Of a stretch of DNA of 64,000 nt, positions 1-9,048 are shown in pieces (position 1 is the stretch's first letter; each line of letters begins with the position of its first letter). Below the pieces are notes generated by a model. It saw only the letters and a program-made list of their open reading frames with translations. It was not told where the DNA came from and made no database searches. Position numbers and translations under genes: made by a program. The stretch comes from Candidatus Colwellbacteria bacterium CG10_big_fil_rev_8_21_14_0_10_42_22 (GTDB taxonomy: Bacteria > Patescibacteriota > Minisyncoccia > UBA6257 > Colwellbacteraceae), in NCBI GenBank assembly GCA_002773725.1, contig PFAH01000008.1:2654-66653 (forward strand), read 5' to 3'.

Positions 1-455
1 AGAAAGTAACGCGCCTTCATACTGCCACCCACCTTATGCAAGCAGCTCTTAGAAAAGTTTTAGGAGATCAAGTCGAACAGCGTGGATCAGACATCACGGT
101 TGAAAGGACACGTTTTGATTTCACTTTCGACAGGAAACTGACAGACGAAGAGGTGAAGAAGGTTGAAAACTTGGTGAATGGAGTGATCGAAAAAGATTTG
201 CCGGTTAACTTCGAGGAGATGCCTCTGGAGAAGGCAAAGAAAACCGGTGCACTATACTTTTTTAAAGGTAGATATCCTCTTCAAGTAAAAGTTTATTATG
301 TTGGCGAATCTTTGGATAAAGCATTCTCTAAGGAACTTTGCGGAGGACCCCACGTTGAAAGAACCGGTGGTATGGGAATTTTTGAGATAAAAAAGCAACA
401 AGCAGTCGCTGAAGGCATAAGGCGGGTGAGGGCCGACCTTAAGACAGATAAATGA
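1..455 (+). CDS. alaS: alanyl-tRNA synthetase, C-terminal editing-domain region (or AlaX-type editing protein); 5-prime end cut by window edge
   Basis: The frame is open from nt 3. The translation RKVTRLHTATHLMQAALRKVLG...SKELCGGPHVERTGGMGIFEI...GIRRVRA carries the AlaRS editing-domain zinc motifs HxxxH and CGGxH and the G-x-RR-x-xA tail. ORF track 36..455 is the part downstream of the internal ATG. Confidence 0.8.
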   Translation, partial: KVTRLHTATHLMQAALRKVLGDQVEQRGSDITVERTRFDFTFDRKLTDEEVKKVENLVNGVIEKDLPVNFEEMPLEKAKKTGALYFFKGRYPLQVKVYYVGESLDKAFSKELCGGPHVERTGGMGIFEIKKQQAVAEGIRRVRADLKTDK

Positions 456-1348
456 AGATTTTAGAGCTTAGTTCATCAGAGGCCGTTACTATTTTTTCTT
501 CAGTTAAGATTGTGAGAGAATATCCAACTCGAGCCCTAACGAATATAGATTTAGAAAACTATATCTCACAGGCGGTCTGGAAATTTTTTGATAAATGTAG
601 AAGCGAGGCGGCAGAAAGATTGAGCGTGGGGGAGATGGAGCTCGTTTTGAGCGACGTGCGCATTTTGGGCGTCAAGATAGATGGGCATCGTGTTATAAAC
701 CCAATCGGTTTTACAGGCAGAGAGCTTGAAATCAGCTTAAGCTTGACGGTTATCGGCAAGGGCGAGAGTGATGAGAATGTATATATGGTAGAGGGGGCTA
801 GTATGAGGGCTTATATTCTTTCACGTCTTTTAAATCTCGACAGGGCATTCTATGTAGAGAGCGATCAGAACAAAACGGGTATATATTATATCAACGGGTC
901 TGATATTCGCTATTTTAGCGGTTTTGATTGGGGTGGCGAGCATGCCGTGTCAGCTCTTCAAGAAATTTTAGAGATTGATGGCGATGTCCTTGAGAGAGTT
1001 TATAGAAAATATGCCAGAGGAGATGTCTCCGAGAGATTAGACAGAAGAATAGGCAAACCTTTCTATACAAATTTTGGCATATTGGTTAATGGCACCTTGA
1101 TGAATGTTAGGAATGCCGGTGCAATGCGGGGTAAGACGCCCCCCATTATTTATTTCAACCCTCTTTTTCCCGTTCCCGAAGGTGTTTATAGAAAAAACTT
1201 TACTTTTGGTAGGCATAAACTTAGATTTCAAAAGCCAGAGGATGAACTAGATATAGAAACTTTCATGAAAGACAATATTCATGGAGTGTATGAAGACCTA
1301 AACGATTTGGCTCGTCGAAGAATAAGTTGGCTTACGCCCAAGTCGTAG
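452..1348 (+). CDS. hypothetical protein, possibly a divergent actin-fold (FtsA/PilM-like) protein
   Basis: 298-aa ORF with an ATGA overlap with the upstream gene. The segment VRILGVKIDGHRVINPIGFTGRELEISLSLTVIGK and a later FDWGGEH resemble the FtsA subdomain pattern and the phosphate-2 region. There is no recognisable N-terminal phosphate-1 motif. Confidence 0.35.
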   Translation: MKILELSSSEAVTIFSSVKIVREYPTRALTNIDLENYISQAVWKFFDKCRSEAAERLSVGEMELVLSDVRILGVKIDGHRVINPIGFTGRELEISLSLTVIGKGESDENVYMVEGASMRAYILSRLLNLDRAFYVESDQNKTGIYYINGSDIRYFSGFDWGGEHAVSALQEILEIDGDVLERVYRKYARGDVSERLDRRIGKPFYTNFGILVNGTLMNVRNAGAMRGKTPPIIYFNPLFPVPEGVYRKNFTFGRHKLRFQKPEDELDIETFMKDNIHGVYEDLNDLARRRISWLTPKS

Positions 1349-1390
1349 ATTTTCGGAAACTACGTTTAAGAGATATAATAGTATCTGTCT

Positions 1391-2935
1391 GTGAGTAAAA
1401 AAGTTTATCTAAATAAATCCGACTCTGTGACGTCTGCCATAGATAAGGTTATCAATGCCCCCGATGAAGAGGTCGTTTTATATATTCCAAGAGGGGCGGA
1501 GGTTGCCAGCAACCGAAAAGATATAGAGCTTTTAAAAAGAGAGGTTGAGGCGTCCGGGAAATCCCTTATTGTGGAATCGGTTGACGACGACATTTTAGAA
1601 ATAGTAGCCACCTTGGGCATCAGAGCGAACAATCCATTTTTAGGCAGGAGCAAACACACTGTTTCTGACATCGTTGTGATTAAACCCAAGAACAGAGCAC
1701 CTGGAAATAATAAAAACACCCCCACATCTAAAAAGAAAAAAAGCAGAGCATCCAAGGTGAGGGTTGGGACAACTAGATCTCCGATTACAAATTCTGTAGG
1801 TGGTATGAAGAGAGTGGCTATCATCGCCGGTGTTATCGCCGGCTTAACGATGATAATTACTTTAGTTGTTGTCTCCACACCGCGAGTTAGCGTTGCTCTA
1901 ACATTAGAGAAAATCGATCAGGGGTATATAGGCCCTTTAATCGTTTCGCCTAATACTGAAGAAAGTAGTATTAGTGACAAGATGATAAATCTGCGTGGAA
2001 TCATTCTCTCTAAAAAGAAGAATATCACCAAAAGTTATCCTGCCACAGGCACAGATAGTGTCGGTAGAAAAGCGAGAGGAACAATTACTATCTATAACGA
2101 TTTTGGCGTCGAAAAACAGACATTAGTAAAAACAACTCGCTTTGTTACTCCTGACGGAAAGATATTCCGCTTAGATTATGACGTTGTTGTGCCTGGACGT
2201 AATGCAGATGGATCGCCATCAAGCATTGATGCGTCTGTTACTGCCGATCAACCGGGTGAGAGTTATAATATCGGACCGGTTTCCAAGCTTCGCATCCCCG
2301 GTTTTCAGGGATCTTCTAAATACGAAGGTTTTTACGCCGAGTCAAAAGAAGATATGAAAGGAGGAACAACCGGTGAAGTTAAGGTGCCGACAGATGCCGA
2401 TATAGAATCTGCTAGGGAAGACGCTAAAAAATCCCTGGAAGATGTTTTAAAAACAGACCTGTTAGTGGATATGCCCGAAGGAGTTGAGGTGCTAGAAGGT
2501 GCCTACGAGCTATTCATAACAAAAGAAGAGATTAACGACGTTGTTGACAAGAAGAATGAATTTAACATCACTCTCTACGGCGAGATGAAGATTGTTGGCT
2601 TTAGTGAAAAGGAATTACTTGAGGTGTTGGGCGAACGTTTTTCCGAAGAAGCCGGCAAAGAGCTTACCAGCTATATGGCCGAAGTGGACTATGGAGAGGT
2701 AAGTGTTGATTTTGAGAACCAGACCATGAAATCGGCTGTTAATATTAGATCTCAGTGGATAGAGCCGTTTGATGTTGAAGAGTTTAAACAAAGGGTTGCT
2801 GGTCTTACCGAGAACCAGCTTAAAGAGGCAGTTTTTTCCACTCCAGGAGTAAGTGGAGGGGAGGTTAGAATGTGGCCATTTTGGGTAAATAAAGTGCCTA
2901 AAGACATCGATAGAATCAGCGTTGACGCTACTTAG
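1391..2935 (+). CDS. hypothetical membrane-anchored protein (single TM, large C-terminal extracytoplasmic domain)
   Basis: 514-aa ORF with a GTG start. It has a lysine-rich linker, then the hydrophobic helix VAIIAGVIAGLTMIITLVVV, then about 350 aa of soluble domain. No family recognised. Confidence 0.5.
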   Translation: MSKKVYLNKSDSVTSAIDKVINAPDEEVVLYIPRGAEVASNRKDIELLKREVEASGKSLIVESVDDDILEIVATLGIRANNPFLGRSKHTVSDIVVIKPKNRAPGNNKNTPTSKKKKSRASKVRVGTTRSPITNSVGGMKRVAIIAGVIAGLTMIITLVVVSTPRVSVALTLEKIDQGYIGPLIVSPNTEESSISDKMINLRGIILSKKKNITKSYPATGTDSVGRKARGTITIYNDFGVEKQTLVKTTRFVTPDGKIFRLDYDVVVPGRNADGSPSSIDASVTADQPGESYNIGPVSKLRIPGFQGSSKYEGFYAESKEDMKGGTTGEVKVPTDADIESAREDAKKSLEDVLKTDLLVDMPEGVEVLEGAYELFITKEEINDVVDKKNEFNITLYGEMKIVGFSEKELLEVLGERFSEEAGKELTSYMAEVDYGEVSVDFENQTMKSAVNIRSQWIEPFDVEEFKQRVAGLTENQLKEAVFSTPGVSGGEVRMWPFWVNKVPKDIDRISVDAT

Positions 2936-2963
2936 GACATATGATAGTATCATCCCGCGTTAA

Positions 2964-3161
2964 ATGACCGTTGAAGGAACAGTCGTGGAAGCCCTGCCGG
3001 GAGCTACTTTCAGGGTCAAACTTGATGATGAAAGAGAAATCCTGGCCTATATCGCAGGCAAAATGCGTATGCGTCGTATTAGAATTTTGCCCGGCGATAA
3101 AGTAAAGATAGAATTACCCGATTCGGGTGGTGAAAGGGGCAGAATTACTTGGCGGTTGTAA
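2964..3161 (+). CDS. infA: translation initiation factor IF-1
   Basis: 65 aa; [47 protein letters not shown] matches the IF-1 S1-fold consensus. It sits in its conserved position before rpmJ and rpsM. Confidence 0.9.
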   Translation: MTVEGTVVEALPGATFRVKLDDEREILAYIAGKMRMRRIRILPGDKVKIELPDSGGERGRITWRL

Positions 3162-3169
3162 CCGATTGT

Positions 3170-3286
3170 ATGAAGGTACAAGCATCTGTTAAAAAGATTT
3201 GTAATAGTTGCCAAACTATCCGCCGTAAAGGGCGGGTTTATGTAATCTGCAAAACAAACCCTAAGCACAAACAAAGACAGGGATAA
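3170..3286 (+). CDS. rpmJ: 50S ribosomal protein L36
   Basis: A 38-aa ORF, too short for the ORF track, read directly: [38 protein letters not shown]. It has the canonical L36 zinc ribbon CxxC...C...H and lies between infA and rpsM. Confidence 0.9.
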   Translation: MKVQASVKKICNSCQTIRRKGRVYVICKTNPKHKQRQG

Positions 3287-3288
3287 AA

Positions 3289-3672
3289 ATGAGATTATTT
3301 GGGAGAAATATACCTGATGAGAAGAAGATAGCGATTGCGCTTACTTCAGTTTATGGAATTGGCCACACATTGGCTGGAAAGATTTTGAAGAAAGCAGAGA
3401 TTGACCCCAATCGAAGAACTAAAGAGTTAAGCCAAGCCGAATTAAACAGAATTAAACAGGCAGTAGAGCAAGAATATACAGTTGAAGGAGAGTTGCGTCA
3501 GAGTATTCGCCAAGACATCAACCGTCTTAAAAATATTAAAAGCTATAGAGGGATAAGACACGTAAAAAAGTTGCCCGCTAGAGGACAAAACACTAAACGT
3601 AATTCCAGGACCGTTAGAGGAAACGTGAGACGCACTATGGGAAGCGGTCGTAGAAAATTAACTCTCAAATAA
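3289..3672 (+). CDS. rpsM: 30S ribosomal protein S13
   Basis: 127 aa; IPDEKKIAIALTSVYGIGHTLAGKIL...YRGIRH is the S13 signature; conserved operon context. Confidence 0.93.
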   Translation: MRLFGRNIPDEKKIAIALTSVYGIGHTLAGKILKKAEIDPNRRTKELSQAELNRIKQAVEQEYTVEGELRQSIRQDINRLKNIKSYRGIRHVKKLPARGQNTKRNSRTVRGNVRRTMGSGRRKLTLK

Positions 3673-3676
3673 AGCC

Positions 3677-4132
3677 ATGGGTAAGAAAAAAGTTGTTGAA
3701 AAAGGTCTAGACACATCGGGAACAAAGGTTGAGGGTGCTTCTGCTACTCAAGCGGGTGGTTCGCTCAAGAAGAAACCTGCTCGAAAGCTTGAAACGGGCA
3801 GGGTTTATATAAAATCTTCATACAACAATACCAGTATCACCGTTACGGACGATAAGGGAGATGTCGTCGCCTGGTCTTCGGCTGGTTCTATGGGATTTGC
3901 CGGACCTAAAAAAGCGACTCCTTTCGCGGCATCCAAAGTAGTTTCAGCAATTGTTGAAAAGATTGAGAAAACCGGACCCAAAAAAGTTGATTTATATATA
4001 TCTGGCATTGGTCCTGGCAGAGACAGCGCAGTCCGATCTTTGGCTGCTCAAGGTTTTGAAATTGAATCAATAAAAGATGTTACTCCTCTTGCCCACAATG
4101 GTCCCAAACCCAGAAAAATTAGGAGAACTTAG
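3677..4132 (+). CDS. rpsK: 30S ribosomal protein S11
   Basis: 151 aa; VYIKSSYNNTSITVTDDKGDVVAWSSAGSMGFAGPKKATPFAA is the S11 core. Confidence 0.93.
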   Translation: MGKKKVVEKGLDTSGTKVEGASATQAGGSLKKKPARKLETGRVYIKSSYNNTSITVTDDKGDVVAWSSAGSMGFAGPKKATPFAASKVVSAIVEKIEKTGPKKVDLYISGIGPGRDSAVRSLAAQGFEIESIKDVTPLAHNGPKPRKIRRT

Positions 4133-4134
4133 TT

Positions 4135-4761
4135 ATGGCTAAAATACTTGAGAAAAAAGAAAGAAGCTTGGGGGTTAAACTTTTAAGAAAGGGAGAGCGT
4201 GCTAATTCTCCTAAGGCAGCTCTTTTACGTAAACCATACCGACCCGGTCCACAGGGAAAGAAATTCAGAAGAAAGCTTAGTGAATACGGCACCCAGCTTC
4301 AGGAAAAACAAAAGATTAAATTTAGTTATGGAGTTACTGAACGCCAGCTTCGCAATATCGTTAAAGAGGTTGAAAAAAGAGTGCTTAAGCAGGATATTTC
4401 AGCTACCAACGAGATTATCAAAACACTAGAAAGTCGTTTGGATAATGTTATTATGCGACTCGGCTTTACGGAAGGACGATCCTTGGCTAGACAGATGGTT
4501 TCACATGGACATTTCATAGTTAACGGAAAGAGAGTAAAAACACCCTCTTTTAGGGTGAAGGTCGGTGATAAGATATCTGTTCGTTCTCAATCGCGGGTAA
4601 TGCCCTATTTTGAGGAGTTAAATGACAAGATTAAGAAATATGAGCCCCCAACTTGGCTCAAGATAGACAAGGCAAAGTTGGAAGGAGAAGTTGTAGGTTC
4701 GCCGGAAGTCGCCGACGCACTTTTTAACGTAAGTTTAGTAGTCGATTACTATTCTAAATAA
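4135..4761 (+). CDS. rpsD: 30S ribosomal protein S4
   Basis: 208 aa; the RPGPQGKK...LSEYGTQLQEKQK N-terminus and the S4 domain HGHFIVNGKRVKTPSFRVKVGDKISV. Confidence 0.93.
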   Translation: MAKILEKKERSLGVKLLRKGERANSPKAALLRKPYRPGPQGKKFRRKLSEYGTQLQEKQKIKFSYGVTERQLRNIVKEVEKRVLKQDISATNEIIKTLESRLDNVIMRLGFTEGRSLARQMVSHGHFIVNGKRVKTPSFRVKVGDKISVRSQSRVMPYFEELNDKIKKYEPPTWLKIDKAKLEGEVVGSPEVADALFNVSLVVDYYSK

Positions 4762-4769
4762 ATAAAAAA

Positions 4770-5507
4770 ATGGAATACCAGTACTTAAGCGAAACAGTCA
4801 AAATTAAAAAAGTATCCGAAGATGAAACAGCCGGTGTTTTTGAGATAGAAGGGCTCTTTAGAGGTTACGGAATCACTATCGGCAATGCCCTAAGAAGGGT
4901 TTTGCTCTCGTCTTTGCCGGGCGCAGCCATCACCAGGTTTAGTGTTAAAGGTGCGGGTCATGAATTCACAACTATCCCGGGTGTGGTAGAAAATGTTGTG
5001 GAATTGGGACTCAATCTCAAGCAAGTAAGATTTACCTTCCATGCGGATGAACCACAGGAATTGATTCTAAAAGTAAAAGGCGAGGGCGAGGTTAAGGCCA
5101 AAGACATAAAGGGCAACGCCCAAGTAGAGATTAAAAATCCTGATTTACACATAGCAACTCTTGGCAATAAGACGGCTGAGCTAGATATGGTTTTAACAGT
5201 TGAGAAAGGTTTGGGATATCTACCCGTAGAGTCACAGAAGATTGATAGGTTGCCGATTGGGACAGTAGCCCTAGATGCTGTTTTTTCACCCGTAGTTAAT
5301 GTTAATTTTAGCGTAGATAACATGCGAGTAGGCGATCGCACGGATTACAACAGAGTAAAGCTTGAAGTTGAAACAGATGGCACCATATCACCATCAAGCG
5401 CTCTTCATAAGGCGGCCAATGTTTTGAGAGACCACCTAGGCAAGATATCTGACATAGAAGTTATTGATGAAGAAAAGCCGGAAAAGCCGAAAAAGGAAGA
5501 TAAATAA
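4770..5507 (+). CDS. rpoA: DNA-directed RNA polymerase alpha subunit (N-terminal domain only, 245 aa)
   Basis: FEIEGLFRGYGITIGNALRRVLLSSLPGAAIT is the alpha NTD signature. The gene lies between rpsD and rplQ as usual. Its length is consistent with absence of the alpha CTD. Confidence 0.88.
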   Translation: MEYQYLSETVKIKKVSEDETAGVFEIEGLFRGYGITIGNALRRVLLSSLPGAAITRFSVKGAGHEFTTIPGVVENVVELGLNLKQVRFTFHADEPQELILKVKGEGEVKAKDIKGNAQVEIKNPDLHIATLGNKTAELDMVLTVEKGLGYLPVESQKIDRLPIGTVALDAVFSPVVNVNFSVDNMRVGDRTDYNRVKLEVETDGTISPSSALHKAANVLRDHLGKISDIEVIDEEKPEKPKKEDK

Positions 5508-5513
5508 TCACCG

Positions 5514-5864
5514 ATGAGGCATCTCAAAAAAGGTCGAAAGTTTGGTTTAATGATGGGAAAACGCAGGGCGTTTTTGCGCATTTTAGTGCATAACCTGATT
5601 ATGGAAGAAAAGATTGAGACCACCGAGGCCAGAGCAAAGGAGATTCGTCCTCGCGTAGAAAAATTAGTAACCATTGCTAAGAAAAACAATCTGATGGCTT
5701 TGCGACTTTTAATGCGTCGATTACCCAAGACATCGGCATATAAGCTTTATCACGAGCTTGCTCCAAAATATAAGGATCGTAACGGAGGATATCTTAGGAT
5801 TAGAAAAAGCGCTGAAGTTAGGCAAAGAGATGGATCAAGGCGAGCAATTATAGAATTTGTTTAA
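5514..5864 (+). CDS. rplQ: 50S ribosomal protein L17
   Basis: 116 aa; MRHLKKGRKFGLMMGKRRAFLRILVHNLIMEEKIETTEARAKEIRP matches L17. Confidence 0.93.
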   Translation: MRHLKKGRKFGLMMGKRRAFLRILVHNLIMEEKIETTEARAKEIRPRVEKLVTIAKKNNLMALRLLMRRLPKTSAYKLYHELAPKYKDRNGGYLRIRKSAEVRQRDGSRRAIIEFV

Positions 5865-5865
5865 A

Positions 5866-6210
5866 ATGGCAAACTTTACCATAGATGCAAAAAATAAACC
5901 CTTAGGAAGATTAGCTACGGAGATAGCCGGTATTCTTCAGGGCAAGAATTCACCTGATTACGAGCCACACAAAGCGGGTGATAATCAAGTTATTGTAAAA
6001 AACATAGATCAGCTTAAAGTATCTGGAAATAAAGATTCTCAAAAAATATATTATCGACACAGTGGTAAGCCGGGAAATTTGAAAAAAGAAACATATGAAA
6101 GCTTGTTTGAAAGGGCTCCCGAGAAGGTTCTTATTAATGCAGTTAGGGGCATGTTGCCTAGAAACAAGCTAAGAAAAGAAAGATTAAAAAATCTGATTAT
6201 AGAGAAATAA
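5866..6210 (+). CDS. rplM: 50S ribosomal protein L13
   Basis: The ATG at 5866 gives MANFTIDAKNKPLGRLATEIAGILQGK (L13). The ORF track begins three codons earlier at a TTG (5857) that overlaps the rplQ stop. Confidence 0.9.
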   Translation: MANFTIDAKNKPLGRLATEIAGILQGKNSPDYEPHKAGDNQVIVKNIDQLKVSGNKDSQKIYYRHSGKPGNLKKETYESLFERAPEKVLINAVRGMLPRNKLRKERLKNLIIEK

Positions 6211-6211
6211 A

Positions 6212-6625
6212 ATGGCTGAGAAAGACAAAAAATATTTTGAGGGAATAGGTAGACGCAAAAGCGCGGTAGCAAGGGTTAGGTTTTTCCCGGCAGGTCCTGG
6301 CGGAATGTTTAAGGTTAATGAATTGGATTACAAAGAGTATTTTGATGTTGAGAGATTGAGGCAATCAGCCATTGCCCCCCTAAAGCTTCTGGACAACACT
6401 TTACGCAAAAATGCTGGAGTGGAGGTCCATGTTCGTGGAGGTGGTATTATGGCTCAGGCGGAAGCGGTTACGCTTGGCTTAGCAAGGGCTTTGGTTAAAC
6501 AAAACGAAGATTTAAAAAAAGAGATGAGGGCGTTTGGATACCTAACTAGAGATCCACGAAAAGTAGAAAGAAAGAAATTTGGTCTTAAAAAGGCCAGAAG
6601 AGCTCCGCAGTGGAGGAAAAGATAA
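6212..6625 (+). CDS. rpsI: 30S ribosomal protein S9
   Basis: 137 aa; GIGRRKSAVARV...VRGGGIMAQAEAVTLGLARAL...KKARRAPQWRKR is the S9 signature with its C-terminal basic tail. Confidence 0.93.
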   Translation: MAEKDKKYFEGIGRRKSAVARVRFFPAGPGGMFKVNELDYKEYFDVERLRQSAIAPLKLLDNTLRKNAGVEVHVRGGGIMAQAEAVTLGLARALVKQNEDLKKEMRAFGYLTRDPRKVERKKFGLKKARRAPQWRKR

Positions 6626-6626
6626 T

Positions 6627-7046
6627 ATGACGCGCTTACGTTTGGAACGCAACCTTACCCTTTCAGTTTTTACCTTCTTCTTACTTCATTCGGTTGCTTC
6701 CGTGAACGATTGGTATCGTTCTTTGGCTTGGATAGATATACCGGTTCATTTTTTGGGCGGGGTTCTTGTCGCCGCTGTTTTTTATTGGTTTTTCCAGAGA
6801 TTTCCAAGTCATTTTGATACAAGCCGTAATTTTTTGATTACTCTAATTATGGTTTTGAGCTTCACTGCTCTAGCGGGAGTATTCTGGGAGTTTACTGAAT
6901 ATATATACGACCTTTTAATAGCTAAATATGGATTGGGTTTAAAGACCCTTCAGTTTGGCCTAAGGGACACCTTGGGAGATTTATTGGCTGATTTAGCCGG
7001 TGGTTTGGTCTTAGCTATTTTTGTGAAGCTTCGCTATCATAGATAG
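6627..7046 (+). CDS. hypothetical integral membrane protein
   Basis: The ATG at 6627 (MTRLRLERN...) avoids overlap with rpsI. The ORF track starts at 6579, inside rpsI. About four hydrophobic helices; possibly VanZ-like, but not confirmed. Confidence 0.5.
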   Translation: MTRLRLERNLTLSVFTFFLLHSVASVNDWYRSLAWIDIPVHFLGGVLVAAVFYWFFQRFPSHFDTSRNFLITLIMVLSFTALAGVFWEFTEYIYDLLIAKYGLGLKTLQFGLRDTLGDLLADLAGGLVLAIFVKLRYHR

Positions 7047-7804
7047 TGATGGCGAATCCAAAACCATATTTATCAATAGTCATTCCAGTTTATAACGAGT
7101 CCAAACGTTTGCCGTTGACCCTTCTTGATATAGATAAACACCTTTCAAAGGTTGATTTCACATATGAAATATTGATCTATAACGATGGTTCCACAGATGA
7201 CACCGTTGAAGTTGTAGAAAAAATGAAGAAGCTTATTCCAAATCTACGTGTGGATGGCTATCAAAAAAATCAAGGTAAGGGAACGGCGGTTAAAGAGGGA
7301 ATGCTAGAGGCCAATGGCAAATATCGTCTTTTCATGGATTCGGATAATTCCACCTCTATAGACCAATTTGAAAAAATGCGCCCTTTTATAGATAAAGGAG
7401 CACATGTCGTAATTGGCTCAAGAGACATAAAGGGGGCAGTCATGGAGCCACCCCAGTCCTTGCTTAAACGTATTATGGGAAATATGGGAAATTTGTTTAT
7501 CCAGATATTGCTTTTGCCGGGCATTTGGGACACCCAGTGTGGTTTTAAGTGTTTTAGCGAAGAGGCCTCTCTTAAAATATTTCCTCTCCAAAAGATTAAA
7601 CGTTGGGGATTTGATCCAGAAATTCTAAGTTTAGCTAAAAAGTTCGGTTATAAAATTGAAGAAATACCAGTTTATTGGATAAATGATACGGATTCAAAGT
7701 TAAGTCCATTTTCATATGTTCAAGTGCTTCTAGAGGTGGTAAAAATACGTTTTTGGTTTTGGTTCGACGCTTACGGTCTGCGAAAAAAACCGCAAATAAA
7801 ATAG
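7046..7804 (+). CDS. family-2 glycosyltransferase (dolichyl/polyprenyl-phosphate sugar synthase-like)
   Basis: 252 aa; LSIVIPVYNESKRL...YEILIYNDGSTDDT...FMDSDNST carries GT2 (GT-A fold) motifs, including the DxD-like DSD. Confidence 0.8.
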   Translation: MMANPKPYLSIVIPVYNESKRLPLTLLDIDKHLSKVDFTYEILIYNDGSTDDTVEVVEKMKKLIPNLRVDGYQKNQGKGTAVKEGMLEANGKYRLFMDSDNSTSIDQFEKMRPFIDKGAHVVIGSRDIKGAVMEPPQSLLKRIMGNMGNLFIQILLLPGIWDTQCGFKCFSEEASLKIFPLQKIKRWGFDPEILSLAKKFGYKIEEIPVYWINDTDSKLSPFSYVQVLLEVVKIRFWFWFDAYGLRKKPQIK

Positions 7805-7878
7805 GGTTTGGATAGCCCTTTACTCTACGCCAGGTTTTCTGTAGAATCTATGTTCGGTTGTTTAGTTATTGCTTAAAC

Positions 7879-8331
7879 ATGGATTATCTAACTAAGAAAA
7901 AATTAGCCGAACTTAAAGAAGAATTAGAAACCCTTAAAACAGAAGGGCGTAAATCTATTGCAGAGAATCTTAAGACGGCGAAAGAAATGGGCGATTTGTC
8001 TGAAAATGCAGAATATATTGAAGCTAGGGAACAGCAACAGAGAACTGAAAAGAAAATTTCCGAACTAGAACAGATGGTGCGTAATGCTGTTGTTATCGGT
8101 GTGCGCAAAAAACACGATGAGGTTGAAGTGGGCTCAACGGTTGCAGTTGAGCGTGATGGAGAGAAGTTCATTTTCCATATAGTTGGAAGCAATGAGGCAA
8201 AACCAGCAGAAGGATTCATCTCAAACGAATCTCCTTTAGGAGAAGCTCTTCTTGGACACAAAGAGGGGGAAGTTGTTGATTTTAAATCTCCTCGGGGGAA
8301 AGTTAAGTATAAGATTAATAAAATAGATTAA
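7879..8331 (+). CDS. greA: transcription elongation factor GreA
   Basis: The ATG at 7879 gives MDYLTKKKLAELKEELETLKTEGRKSIAENLKTAKEMGDLSENAEYIEARE, the GreA coiled-coil with the acidic tip. The C-terminal FKBP-like domain is present. The ORF track starts at a TTG at 7858. Confidence 0.9.
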   Translation: MDYLTKKKLAELKEELETLKTEGRKSIAENLKTAKEMGDLSENAEYIEAREQQQRTEKKISELEQMVRNAVVIGVRKKHDEVEVGSTVAVERDGEKFIFHIVGSNEAKPAEGFISNESPLGEALLGHKEGEVVDFKSPRGKVKYKINKID

Positions 8332-8355
8332 TTTTTTAGAGTTCTAAAAATAGAA

Positions 8356-8385
8356 TGACCCCCGTCGCTGTGGCGAAGGGGGTCA
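8356..8385. terminator. GC-rich hairpin GACCCCC-n14-GGGGGTC between convergent genes; T-run follows on the minus strand
   Basis: Read directly. On the minus strand the stem is followed by TCTATTTTTAG, so it probably terminates the 8948-to-8403 minus-strand cassette. It may also serve greA. Confidence 0.6.
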
Positions 8386-8402
8386 TTCGTCAGCGAAAGG
8401 GG

Positions 8403-8639
8403 TCAGGTGTTATCGAAGAGCAAGGGAAGGAATGTCATCATCGAGAGGATGGCCGTGACGATCCAGGCCAACACGCTCAAAATGTCGAGTGTCCTCCACG
8501 CCCAAGCATTCCAACCCCATTCTTCCGTTGTATTGGAAGCGAAGCCGGTGGCTAGGGCAAAGATGGCCACGCAGACCGCGATGAGAAGAAACTCCCACCA
8601 CGGATCAAACTCTTCCCTGTTCTTGCTAGACCAGGTCAA
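8403..8639 (-). CDS. hypothetical small membrane protein (78 aa, two hydrophobic helices) in a GC-rich insert
   Basis: ATG preceded by AAAGAGGTG. It lies 28 nt downstream of the 92-aa gene and is followed by the hairpin terminator at 8356-8385. Helices FLLIAVCVAIFALATGF and ILSVLAWIVTAILSMMTFLPLLF. Confidence 0.55.
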   Translation of the reverse strand: MTWSSKNREEFDPWWEFLLIAVCVAIFALATGFASNTTEEWGWNAWAWRTLDILSVLAWIVTAILSMMTFLPLLFDNT

Positions 8640-8669
8640 GGTGCACCTCTTTTTATCCGAGTGGTCTTA

Positions 8670-8948
8670 TCAAGAACGAATGGCGTAAGCCATGCCGTTC
8701 CGAATTTCCCAGCCATACTTCGTGTCCTTGCCGAAAGATGGCCAATGGATGATGTGCCCGTTGGGGTCGCGCCTGAAACGTCCCTTGAAACGCCCCCGAA
8801 TGGGTGTTGCCCCCTCCCACGCCTCATGAGCTTCGATGGTATGCGCGAAATCACCTCCCCCGAGCCTGCGGAGCATGTCTTTGAACTCTGGAGACACGCC
8901 CTTTCCTCTCCCGACGGGTTCTGCGCTGTTTCGTATGGTGTACGCCAC
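8670..8948 (-). CDS. hypothetical protein (92 aa) in a GC-rich insert
   Basis: GTG start preceded by GGGGAGG with a 6-nt spacer and a perfect TATAAT about 20 nt further up (plus coordinates 8967-8972, minus strand). GC is clearly higher than the flanks. Sequence MAYTIRNSAEPVGRGKG...GHIIHWPSFGKD; no family recognised. Confidence 0.55.
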   Translation of the reverse strand: MAYTIRNSAEPVGRGKGVSPEFKDMLRRLGGGDFAHTIEAHEAWEGATPIRGRFKGRFRRDPNGHIIHWPSFGKDTKYGWEIRNGMAYAIRS

Positions 8949-9048
8949 TTATCACCTCCCCGTGATATTATATGGGTAACATATCGAGTTTGGGGTTGTC
9001 CAGTTCTCGCTTTGGGGGAAGGATATGATATTCTAATAACTAGTCAGA

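Noticed and set aside
559-759. Short antisense ORFs inside well-supported genes (e.g. 559-759 minus, 1405-1878 minus, 4958-5341 minus, 7884-8261 minus, 10200-10805 minus)
   Set aside because: They lie on the opposite strand of confidently assigned conserved genes and have no independent signals.
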